A stretch of 63,815 nucleotides of DNA, filler included, from Octopus bimaculoides (taxonomy: Eukaryota), in NCBI RefSeq assembly GCF_001194135.2. It is 10 parts of 9 records of this genome, joined end to end, with 100 filler letters (N's around TTAATTAATTAA, not from the genome) between each part and the next. Parts side by side here need not be neighbours in the genome. Positions count along the whole stretch, not along the records: positions 8,482 to 20,964 come from NC_068995.1; positions 21,065 to 28,927 come from NC_068994.1; 8 more parts are not named here. One strand, written 5' to 3'. Below are positions 13,301-25,307 of this stretch, piece by piece. How positions within the stretch are numbered: position 1 is the stretch's first letter; the number at the start of each line of letters is the position of its first letter. The translations under genes and the position numbers were made by a program. The notes below the pieces were generated by a model. It searched no databases, was not told where the DNA came from, and saw nothing but the letters and a program-made list of their open reading frames with translations.

Positions 13301-14749
13301 CTGTGGCTTTATAAATATTGCAAAGCATTTGATAGACTATTCTAATTCAAGAATAAAATAATTCTGGTTTCTCGTGAAGCATTGACCGTGATTTAAACTT
13401 AGTTAAATGAATAAAAGATATTTCAATCGTTGAAAATTGTAGAATTTGTTAGAAATTGTAGACGTACAGAACAGTTTGAAAGAGTGGTGTATTGTATATA
13501 GAACATGGTTATACCAATGTGACAAAATATCTTACGATAGTGTGTGATATATTATCGCCGACAGGTCTTCAGCATTGTGGATTTCGTATGCGTTGTATTA
13601 GGTGTGAATTCAATATTATTTGAATTAGTGATAAGGACTATCACACATTTCCTATCTTGCACACATGCACACACACACACACACACCACACGCACACACA
13701 CACGCGCACTCACTCACTCACACACTCACTCACTCACTCTCTCTCTCTCTCATTCACTCACTGACAGACACACGTACACCTGTGCACTTACGCACATACA
13801 GACAGACAGAGACACATACACACACAAATGTACGCATACACACGCACACTCGCACACAAACACATAGACATGTACCCTACACAAATGTATACACATGTAA
13901 AATACAGTGATGCGCATTAACAAATATACACACCTTATATATACATGCATACATGTTGACGATTATGACTATTCACTCGTCACCGAGGAAGAACATCACT
14001 GGCAATTGCCCATGGAAAATGCCGGCAATGCACGTGCATCAGATTATTGCAATTGCAGCCGGATTTACCCGGATTCGCACCTCGGCTTCCATGCTCTCCG
14101 CAGTGCACTCCTATTTCCAGCTGTCATCGGAAAGTTACCTCGCCGGTGATTGCAGAAGCTCATTTTTGTTAGGTTCAATAAGGCTTGCATAGTACTTCAC
14201 AGACCATTTCTACCCTACTGACATAACACAGAGGCAATCCGGGGTAAGATATCCAAAGCTAATATGTGTCGCAGTTTCAGGAGTATGGGAACACCACGAT
14301 TTCAGGCGCAAGTAAAAGATCCCCAAAATGCCGATTGCCATTCCCTGCATAGCTGGTTTTATGCCAGAGTAACCTTCTCATAGAGACATATTTTAATAAA
14401 AGCTGAGGGATGCCTCGATTCAAGTGAATTTCTGAGGGCGCGTGCTCTAACAATATAGTCCTTTTGACAGGCCTTGCATTTAGTTCTGTTGGGTTTCTAG
14501 TAACCCACGACATTTGGCAAGCCTAGTGGGGGCGACATTTTAGTCGCCGGAGACGCGACTATGCAACAGCTTGTAGTGGACTCCATGTTACTAGATGCAT
14601 TCATAAGAGACCTCACAGGTGACCTCACATGTGACCTGACAAGTGACCTGATATACAGGCATATATGAATACATAAATACACATATATACGTACGTACTT
14701 ACGTACATACATACATACATACATACATACATACATACATACATACATA

Positions 14750-15050
14750 CATGATGCAATATTAGATAGTGGCTCTTATGGTTTTAACCGATTGGATGTG
14801 CTAACAAGTACATATGTTGCCTTGGTGTAAAAGATGAGCTACAGCAAATATTCTCTCACTACTACAGATTTGCTTATTAGTTGATTGACCTTAACTAGCT
14901 CAGCCCGTTAAGTTAGCTAGTGATTGACAATATGTGCATTACTGATCATGAACAGGGCTAGTGAGGAAGCATCATATCCATGTGTTGAGAAGGATTCTTT
15001 GAGATTTGAATAATTCACTCCCAGAAATATAGGTGTTTTTTCAGCATCAA
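14750..15050 (+). repeat. Dispersed SINE-like repeat remnant
   Basis: Recognised from memory as a cephalopod interspersed repeat; no second copy in the window. Confidence 0.3.
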
Positions 15051-15059
15051 ACTATAAGG

Positions 15060-15600
15060 ATTTGGCGGAGACATTACTTGATAGCTCTCAATTTTTAAGC
15101 TGCGACATGAGCATAAAGCTTCATTTCCTCAATAGCCATCTCGATGAATTTCTTGTTAATCTCGGAGACGTGAGCGATGAACATGGTGAGCGTTTTCATC
15201 AAACAATCAGGATTATGTAGCAAAGATATCAAGTTCAATGGAACACACACATGATGGCAGACTACTGTTGGAGAATTCATAGAAACTGTGTAGACATGAA
15301 ATACATCACATGCCCTCGTAAGCAAAACCTTGTTCCATGAATATGGATATGTATGATGGTGTGTGCTTTGTCCATCATATTAGAAAATTAACAGTATGTA
15401 CTTAGTAAAATGTGATGCTATCATACGTTTCATATTCTATTGACATTTATAACTTATGGTTTTAAACTATACGACTTAGTAACTTATCCTGATCAAGTAA
15501 ATTATTTATACAGTACATCATAAAATAAGGGTATGCTATAGAATGGAATCAGCATCTAAAAATGGACTAAAATCAATCCCCCAAAATTACAGGACAAGTT
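15060..15600 (+). mobile_element. Chapaev3-like (CMC superfamily) DNA transposon, 3' remnant
   Basis: Translation MSIKLHFLNSHLDEFLVNLGDVSDEHGERFHQTIRIM*QRYQVQWNTHMMADYCW resembles the SLKIHFLHSHLDFFP...SDEHGERFHQ...MLADYCW transposase C-terminus; superfamily name from memory. Confidence 0.6.
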
Positions 15601-16018
15601 ATTATACTTGGAAAGGTTCAGGAGAACTTATTACATCTGTTAAAGTACAGAACAAGAAGATTTTTACTTAAAATATTGCTCGCATATTTCTCTTGCTGGT
15701 ATTTTTCTACGTAATATATGTATATGTATGTGTTTATATNNNNNNNNNNNNNNNNNNNNNNNNNNNNNNNNNNNNNNNNNNNNTATATATATATATATAT
15801 ATATCTGTGTGTGCGAATGTGTGTGCGTTTGCATAATTATGTATGTGTCTACACTTACCACTTAATTTTATGACCCTCTCTCCCTTTCTCTATTACTAGA
15901 TTTGCTCCGTCTCTCTAACTATCTCAATGACGATTGGCTATGTTTGCTCAATTCGCTCCACCTCGCATGTATAGAAAACCAAGCGAGAATCAGTTACTGA
16001 TCTTGTAACGAGCAAAGT

Positions 16019-16370
16019 AACTCTATAAGACATGAAAGTTGTAACTATACTGAGAAGTAATTTTTATTGCCACATCAATATGGCTGTAGAAACGTCGAAA
16101 ATGGCAGAAACGTCGAATAGCCATATTAACGTAGCGGTATTAATTACTTCACCGTTCAATCTGCTGATCGATCCCGTCACCTGCTACAAGATGGTGGAGG
16201 TTCCCTCCTCTGCAAGCAATATATACCGGGTGCAGATTGCATCGATGACCAGCTGGAGGAAGCTCTTCTTGAGATTAAAAACGGTACTAACTTCGAACAG
16301 CCATACTGATGTGGCGATAAACATTAGTCTTCAATATAGTAACTACTTTCATTTCATATAGAGGTTATCT
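16019..16370 (+). mobile_element. ~350-bp element with ~75-bp terminal inverted arms, related to the 351-bp hammerhead repeat
   Basis: 16019-16095 is the imperfect reverse complement of 16293-16370; body shares gctaca..gat, ccagctggagga and cagcca...gtggc blocks with 61030-61450 and 63110-63370. Confidence 0.6.
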
Positions 16371-16379
16371 AACTCGAGT

Positions 16380-19300
16380 GATTTTATTGTCTTCCGTTTA
16401 GACCTCTCGTTTGCAATCCTAGATTTCTATTGCTTCATTGCTGTTTATTTAGGGTCAGTCTATCGTTGTAGTTGTTATAATTTACAGTTCGTTGTTTTAT
16501 TCCAGTGGTTCCCAACCTGGGCTGCATGGACCCCTGGTGGTTCGAAAAGATAGGACTGGGGTTCGTGAACTAAATTCAAAATTATATATATGTATATAAA
16601 TATAGAGTGGTGGTACAATAAGGCACCAATGTTTACTGAAAATAGCAGTTGATATATATATATATACACAAGGATAAGCATATTAAAAGAGATCCGGGGG
16701 AAATCTCATTTAAATAAAAGGTTTTGGAACCTCTGGGAAAATATTAGGAACCACTGGTTTATACTGCATCTTGTTTAGGCCTATTTCTTCCATCATTGTT
16801 TCATTTCTATAGTTGTTTAGTTATTTTGTTGCTGTTTGTAGAGATACTGTTTCTAGTTGTCGTATTTACCAATTCGTAAGTTGTTCGATATATTATAACT
16901 CAGTTTCGATGTTGTTTCTATATGTATCGTTTAACAGCTTCTGTTTTCATAATTTCATTAGCTGTCGGTCGTTTTCAGTTTATCAGTTTAATAGCCGTTT
17001 TCTCTCATTGTGACGATTGCTGCTTGTGTAATTTCATTTAGATTTTTAAGATGTGACCTGTTTTGATTGAGCTCCGTTTTTCATTGCTAAAATATTGTTG
17101 AGTAGTTGTCCTATATTGGCCTTTAGATCACATCATTCAAATGTTGCTTCCCTATTTAATATATCTCTATTTTTTAAACAGTCTGGAACTGAATTTGGAT
17201 GTGCTCCAGATTAAAATACAAGGTTCTGTTTCATAATAAACTTCTCGGATATGGCTGGTTAGCAACTTTTAATTTATTTTTTCCTAATATTTTAAAGGTG
17301 TTGCTGTGAGAATCAAATATGAAATAGATTAGTTTAGAGGTAAGTGCAAAATGTTCCTTTGAGGTGTACTGGTGTCTACGGTGCATTAGTGAGTTATTTA
17401 CTTAGCTAAGTGATTTTAGTCCTGGAAAAGATATTCATATTAATACATGCATTTTGTAGTTGAATTTTCTTTCTTTTTTTTATGTCGACTTGCAAGTTAT
17501 TTCAGGAAATGTTTAAGAATTTAGAATTCTCTTGACTGTTTTGTTGATTTTATTCAATAAGTGTTTACTGGTTGCTGAAATATCAGATTAATAATGTGAT
17601 CAGTGTCTTTTATGGAAGAATATTTTACTTAATTTCCTTAATAAAGTAATTTAGCTTGATTCTATTTGTAGATTCAATTTCTCAATTCTTAACTCTTCAT
17701 TTAATAATCTAAATCTCTTTAAAATCTAATTTTTATAGTATCAAATTAATAACAACCTTCTTGTTTTCATTCGAATAAACTCTCTACGGTTTTTCGAGTA
17801 ACTAAATATAGTGTTTAACATCCCAAAGCTGATTTTCTATTGGATTATTTCAATATACTAGACAGTGTGTGGTGATCTAAAGTTATAGGAATATATATAT
17901 AGTGATCCCGTTTCTTTAATTAACTGAATTAATTCACGAATATTGTTCACAAATATTTAATCATCTGATTGAGCAAGATACAATTATATTGGTTTGAAAA
18001 TATTAGTTATTTGTATCATCACAGATCTTTAGTGAATATAGATTTATTAATAGCCTTGTTCTATATTTTAAATTTCAGTTGTTCTCTAAAATGACTTTCA
18101 TAGATATAGTTCTCCATTGAGTATTTCTCGTGATTACCTTCATATTCCACTATCGTTTGACTAGAAAGTTATCAACCCTGTTAAAATACATTTTAGCTTT
18201 ATTTATCATTGCTGCCTCTTTTTTATTCAATAATGTACACGCTATATCGTATTCTACGAATTTCTAGACCTACAGAGTAGTTTAAAGGATTAGCGTATTG
18301 TTTACAGAACAACAACATGATTATTCCAACGTAATAACATACTTCATCATACTGTGTTTTATATTAGCAGCGATACTATTTCAGCTTTGCAGATTTTGTA
18401 TACAGTGTATTAAGAACTCAATATTCTTTGACTTAGCGATAATGAATACCAGAAACTCCGATCGTGCGGGCACGCGCTCGCACAAATACACACATACACT
18501 TAATTTGTATACAAACACACAACCATCTAGATTTAAACTAAGTGTTGGTTTACCATACTTCAATTATACTTCCTTAATCATCTCTCTGCAATCACTCCAT
18601 TATTATAATTGTATTTAAATTTCTTAATCAATATTTGCTTTGCCTTTCGTAATCAATCTTTAACCAATAATTTCTAAACAAATATTCTCATACATTAAAT
18701 TAGATTATATCATTGAATTAATTCATTCTCAACCCATATTTTAAAACTTCATACCCTCTGTAGATCTTCATTACAGAACACTCAATAACGTTTAACTGAA
18801 TTTATTTTGTTTAAATTCTTTAGTCCTTCTTGTCTACTCTATATTTGCATAACATATTTTATACAGTCATAAATCAATTTTTACTGTTTCATTAGACTTT
18901 TGTTTATTTCCTTAATAACTTTATTTTGGCAGATGCACTAATTAATTTTAAAGTTAATTTTAACCCATATTGGCTTTTCCCAAAATCAAATTTCTCCTAT
19001 CAATACTTTCTAATCAATATGTCTCCTATAACATTTTAGATTATTTGCCTAAATTAGTATCGCCATACTCTATTATAATGATATAATTTTCTTCAATATT
19101 ATAATTATATAACATTACTATATTTCTATTATATAATTAAATGATATAATCATTATCCATAACAATGTCATATTTTTCTTAACGTAAACTATTCAACGTT
19201 GTTTCATTATTATTTATCCTTAACCTACTTTAAACATACTTATAAACTGAATTAATATTTTTCACACTATTGATAAACCAATATCATTTTCAATGCTATT

Positions 19301-19560
19301 TAAATACATTCTTCCCCCTGAACTAAAGACCCCAACATTCTGGTTAAAAGCACTGTTGCAGCTATTTCAAAAACCTTTTACTAAAATGGTTTCAATATTT
19401 ATATCATTTCCGCCTTGGTCGACTTTGATTTCCATCATTCCAGATCGAGCACTTAATTTGTACACAAACACACAATCATCTAGATTTAAACAAATAAATG
19501 TTGGTTTACCGCACTTTAATTATGCTTCCTTCATCACCTCTCTGCAATCACTCCATAATT
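16380..19560 (-). mobile_element. Possible heavily degraded LINE-like remnant
   Basis: Persistent A-rich minus strand with broken ORF-like stretches; no diagnostic motif recovered. Confidence 0.25.
16503..16756. mobile_element. hAT-type MITE
   Basis: TIRs cagtggttcccaac / attaggaaccactg; 8-bp flanks ttttattc and gtttatac (6/8) consistent with a decayed TSD. Confidence 0.75.
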
Positions 19561-19740
19561 CATGACCGAAAGAGGTCTTTCCTCTTGATATATATGTATA
19601 TTTATTAAATCAAACAGATAGACATACTTTTAATCTCTCTCCCTCTCTTTACACACACACACACACACACACACACANNNNNNNNNNNNNNNNNNNNNNN
19701 NNNNNNNNNNNNNNNNNNNNNNNNNNNNNNNNNNNNNNNN

Positions 19741-19772
<32 letters not shown>

Positions 19773-20146
19773 GTGGGTATATAGAAGCGAAATGTGTATG
19801 AAGTGATGACAAGTACAAATTCTGAAGAATGTTTGTATACTGAGAAGTATGGCGAGTGCCGTTTAGGAGGTTTTATGAGGATTGTATGTAAACAATTGAT
19901 GCCTTCTTGCAGAATTTTTTCTTGTATTTCCTAGAGATATAAACCTTTTTTTATACTCATCTAATTGACAGCTGTCATTTATGTATGCAAATTTGCCGTG
20001 TTAAACTGCTTTTGCTTTAATCGCCTGCTGAAATAAAAATACACACATGCATACATACATGTACACACACACACACATACACAAACACACACACACACAC
20101 ACATACACACAGACTCACGCACACACACAGACTCACACACACACAC

Positions 20147-20399
20147 ATATAAAACTGAGAATGTGTATGTGTCTCTCTGTGTGTCTGTATGTATGCATCA
20201 CTAACACTCGAGAACGACCCAATTGATTTCATTCAAATTTTACACACACACAACTTAACGTTCATGGAGTGTCATGAGCGAAAATGATTTTTAACTTCTT
20301 CCCTAATGCGAGCCCGGAGCAATCACTTAAACTGTTTTGGTATTACATGTCAAAAGTGAACCAATAACATCTCTATTGTAATGGGAGATAATAGTTTCA
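20147..20399 (+). mobile_element. Probable non-autonomous Helitron-like element fragment
   Basis: tataaaactgagaatgtg...cactaacactcgagaac...ttcattcaaattttacac start pattern; its ggtattacatgtcaaaagtgaa block recurs at about 12100. Confidence 0.4.
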
Positions 20400-20964
20400 A
20401 GGCGACTAACCGGCAGAAACGTTAGCACGCCAGGTGAAATGTTTAACGGTATTTCGTCTGCCTTTACGTTATGAGTTCAAATTCAGCCGAAGTCGGCTTT
20501 GCCTTTCATCTTATCAAGGTCAATAAATTAAGTGCCAGTTGCGTACTGGAGGGGGGCGATATAATCGACTGGGCGCCTCCCCCAAAATTTATGGTTAGCG
20601 GTATTTCGTCTGCCGCTACGTTCTGAGTTCAAATTCCGCCGAGGTCAACTTTGCCTTTCATCCTTTCGGGGTCGATAAATTAAGTACAAGTTACGCACTG
20701 GGGTCGATGTAATCGACTTAATCCGCTCGTCTGTTCTTGTTTGTTCCCTCTATGTTTAGCCCCTTGTGGGCAATAACGAAATAGGTATTTCGTCTGCCTT
20801 TACGTTCTGAGTTCAAATTCCGCCGAAGTCGGCTTTGCCTTTCATCTTATCAAGGTCAATAAATTAAGTGCCAGTTGCGTACTGGAGGGGGGCGATATAA
20901 TCGACTGGGCGCCTCCCCCAAAATTTATGGTTAGCGGTATTTCGTCTGCCGCTACGTTCTGAGT
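20400..20964 (+). mobile_element. SINE family B tandem array (X-Y-X-Y), running into a gap
   Basis: Four consecutive central domains; the first and third units share diagnostic changes (ttatcaaggtcaat, ggaggggggcgat). Confidence 0.85.
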
Positions 20965-21063
20965 NNNNNNNNNNNNNNNNNNNNNNNNNNNNNNNNNNNN
21001 NNNNNNNNTTAATTAATTAANNNNNNNNNNNNNNNNNNNNNNNNNNNNNNNNNNNNNNNNNNN

Positions 21064-21230
21064 NTATATATATATGACGGTCTTCTACACAGTTTCCGTC
21101 TAACAAATTCACTAACAAGGCATTGGTCTACCCGGGGCTATGGTAGGAGATACTTGCCCAATGTGTCGTGCCACGTTGTGAACCCAAAGTCACGTGGTTG
21201 TAAAGCAAGCTTCTTAACCACATAGTCATT
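21064..21230 (-). mobile_element. SINE family A, 5' half
   Basis: Reverse complement of the head at 33297-33450. Confidence 0.65.
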
Positions 21231-22435
21231 GAGAAGAATTTAAACCTTTTTTTTATTATACATATCCTACAAGCACTTCTTACCATTACCCCTCTCTCAT
21301 CAGCATTATCCTGTCCTTATATATCTTCACTATCATCTAAACCTCTAACTGAAATTTCTCATTTTCTTTTCTCAGGCAAGGAATCCGTTTCGAAGCGTCA
21401 GATTTCTATTTTTCCTGTTGCTTATAAATTTTTAAAACGCCACGAACTTCTCATATGATACAAGCAAGGTTGTGTGGTTAAAATGTTTTCTTCGCAACTA
21501 CGTGATTTTAAATTTCGATTTCACTGTATGGCACTTTGGATAAGTGTGTGCTGCCATGGTCTCAGGTTGGCCAAAATCTCTTGAGTGAAATTTGGTGGAT
21601 GGAAACAGTGGAAATGTGTCTGAGCGATCTTGGGTGGTAGGCTTAATCCGTTATCTAGTTTAAGGGACAACTAAAGAGCTTAAGACCAATAGTTGGTTAC
21701 TTGAGTGCCTTTAGTGAAGCCTACTCTTTTGTAAACATTTAGGTCAGATCTCTACTCTGAGGTTAACTTCTTCCCACCATTCACGGATCTCCGGCAAAAA
21801 AGTTAGAGGCGCTATTTTTTCCCTCTGACTAAGCTACAAAAGAAAGAAAAAATTAGGAAAAGAAAAAAACCGCGATTGATCGAAAAGCAATATTTAAATC
21901 GTATTCCTTCTGATTAATCATTCAAGTTATTTTGTGCATCGTGGTTCTCGGCTCCAAGGGGACAGGTTATAACTTAAAAGATGGATCCATGGATGGCATT
22001 TGTCATTTGGACGGTTTTGATATATCCCAGGGTTGCCCTATAAGGCTCTGAGGCTCCACAACAACATTTCTGACAAAACGATAGTAACGTAAAATACCAT
22101 AAAATGAGGTAACCTTTATATAGTCTCTCGATCTCAAAGAAACAGCAGCCAAATCTCATGCGACTCATGCAGTACCGTCAAAATAGAATAACATGTTGAA
22201 TTATAATTATGCACACCTTGATGTATTGTATCTGAAAAAAATCGGATGTTATAGTTACAGCTAAAACGCCTTTTGATCATAGATCAGCAAGTTAAAAAAA
22301 ATATTCCCAACAATTTTATAAATATTGACAAAAGTAAATTGGAGAGGCATCTTGACTACACTGTCATAGCTACCAGTGGTGATGTTGACAGAGTGAAACT
22401 GAGTGCAGAAACTATAAGAAACACAAAATACTTAC

Positions 22436-22609
22436 TAGTGACTTTCATTCCGTAGACGCTGATAGAATAATTTGTATGACTTGGAGCGCCGTTTACCACC
22501 ATAGTATTTCCTACAATACTGTTGTATTCTCCTACGAGACGGTGGTCACCTTTTTCAAAGGGTACTGTTTTGTTGATCACTGTTTTCATATTATCAGATA
22601 TAACGATAT
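22436..22609 (-). CDS. Internal coding exon, fibronectin type III-like segment
   Basis: Acceptor tttctctttgacAG, donor GTAAGT, 174 nt, phase 1-1, open frame xIVISDNMKTVINKTVPFEKGDHRLVGEYNSIVGNTMVVNGAPSHTNYSISVYGMKVT; the C-terminal part resembles the FN3 E-F strand pattern (T.Y.ISV). Confidence 0.55.
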
Positions 22610-23006
22610 CTGTCAAAGAGAAACAACTGTAATGAATATCCAGAGTTAATTTTTTTTTCAATTGCTCAATAAGGGGTGTAAGAGCCAAAGCATTGACCGT
22701 TTTTAGGGTCTTCCCAAAATTGTGAGCGGAAGTAAAAATTGTTTTGAATCTGGTACAAACGTTTGCAATAAAGGGAATTCTGCTAAACGCACTCAAGAGA
22801 CCAGGTGCTGGAATCTTGTTAAAAATTATTTCGGGAAGCATCGGTTTTCCGATTTACTTGCCGAATGTTTACATTCTTTATCGATATACATCAGTGAAGC
22901 GTGCGCGCACATGCACACATACACACATGCATACATACATACATACATACATACATACATACATACATGCATACATACATACATACATGCATGCATACAT
23001 ACATAG

Positions 23007-24150
23007 AGTGATGTAGACCGCCTCTACCTAAAACGAAAACAAGGCGGAAAAGGCTTAACATTGATCCAAAATGCTCTTGAATGTCACATCATATCCCTTC
23101 GGCAACATCTTTTAACTACCAAGTGTCGAAGTGCATCCCTTGACCATGTTTGCATACATGAGGCTGATAACATCATAAGACTTGGAAAGCAGCTCCTTGA
23201 GCAACACTCTTTGTCTGATAACCTAGAATACATGCCCAAAGAAGTTGCACGACTCTACCGCAACGTATCATCAGATGAAAGGATGAGCCTATATGAGCAG
23301 AAGACTATGCATGGACATATTAGTTGAAAGCTCAGAGATGATAGTAACATCGATCATCAAAGCAGTTTATCATGGACCGATAGCATTTGAAGGGTATGCG
23401 ATTGCAATCCAAGGACAGGAAATATCAACCAAGTACCTGATGCACAAAAGGGATAGAGATGCAGGTAAAGCCATAAAATGTGACAACCGATGCAGACTTT
23501 GGGGAGTTCACACTGACGATATCATCCACATCATAAGCAGTTGTCCGAAAATGTCATCACGGTATTATCTACCGATGAGATATGACGTAGTTAGAACACT
23601 ATATAGTGAAATCCGTCGGAAGGATAATTCCGAGGACAAATGACTAAGAATCCACAGTATGGTAGAAACCATAGCTACTCATAATGAAAAAGAATACTGG
23701 TTGAATGTACCAGTGAAGACCTCAATAAAGTGTAAGTACATCAGACCTGATATAATGATTTGGGATAGAGAAGAGAAACTGTGCACAGTTGTGGAAATTA
23801 ACTGCCCAGCGGATGTTAACATAAAGCTGAAGATCAGTGAAAAAGAGAACACTTATGCTGAACTATTGAGAAATCTGCAGTTACTCTATCAGGATTACAA
23901 TTTCAGGTTTATATCTATAACTATCGGGACCTGGGATATGTAACACGGACTAAATACCAATCTTGAGAAATTAGGCTTCTCAAAACTAGAAAGGAGAAAG
24001 CTAATTCGAAGACTACAGATCCAATTCATCACTGGAACTGTAAAAATCTGTAAAACTTTCCAGAAGTTTATCATTTAAATATATATGAGCATGTCTAGAT
24101 AATCGACTATATGCATGAGAGTACATACATAAAACATCCAAATTTGCACA
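23007..24150 (+). mobile_element. R4/Dong-like non-LTR retrotransposon, 5'-truncated
   Basis: SDVDRLYLKRKQGGKGL, AIQGQEISTKY, CRL..HIISSC zinc knuckle and RPDIMIWD...EINCPAD...EKENTY restriction-like endonuclease motifs; several stops/frameshifts. Confidence 0.85.
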
Positions 24151-25307
24151 TCCATCCATCCATCCATCCATCCATCCATACATACATACATACATACACA
24201 TATATGTATGAGTGTTTATTATGTCAAAAGTTGGCAGCCTATTCTGAACTTTGCATGTGCTGAGCTGTTCCCCGAGGGTTATATTCAGAGTAAGCTGCTG
24301 ACTTTTGGTATAATGTATATATCTGTCCTTTCTAGCATATGTATTAGAAGAGGAATAAGAAAATAAATATTTTCTGCTACGACTCAGTATTTAATTTAGC
24401 AGTAAATATTTCATAGATGATTATTTTCTCTAGGAACATAAGTATAAGAAGATATTAAATAGGAACTGTATTAATATTAGTTATTCAGTTAATTGAAATT
24501 ACTGTTGTTATATCAGAAGTTATAATGCTGCAAGATTGAATGAAACAGGCAGCCTCAGAACTGCAACCTCAGAACAGGTGAGAATTGCCTACTAAATGGT
24601 AACTGTTAGGAAAAGTTGATAGTAGAGAAAACTAAAGTAGAAAGAAACAACAAAGATGAACCTAAAGAATACACTGGGGTAAGTAAATTGACATTCAAAA
24701 ATCGATTTTATTTGTCAGCTCCTACAAAGAGCGCTACAACTTTGTCGAAAATTACGTTTCTTACTCGAGGAAAGTTTTCTCAATAATTCAAAATACCTCA
24801 TTGAATGTAGATGAGACACAACCAAATATGAAAGGCAGCTTCAGCTAAAAAGTGCAGTGTGACATTTGAGCGAATAATTAAAATTTTGTTTCAAGGAAAT
24901 ATCGGTTTGAACAAAAGGACAGAGTTGTTAGTATTTTGTATGCATGAAGCTAAGTATCACTCATGCTTAGTATCATGAAGTATCAAAAGCGAAAACTTGA
25001 ACAGCCACTTTTACACATCACTCGCAAAATCTTTTTTTAAAACATAATGATAAGCGTTTTCTCGATACATTTTGAAAATATTTCAAAATAGATTCAAATT
25101 TCAGATAATTCAAGATAAAACAGGCCCAGACGTCAGGTAAAAGAACGGAAATGTGAAGTTTAGAATACAAGCAACTTAAAGCGTTTCGGTTATAACGTTT
25201 AAAGAATACTCTACATTTACAAATTGAGGTATGTAATTTGTCTCTTCATGGTTAATCAATGGAAACACACACACACACACACGCATGCATGTATATCTCT
25301 TCTACTT

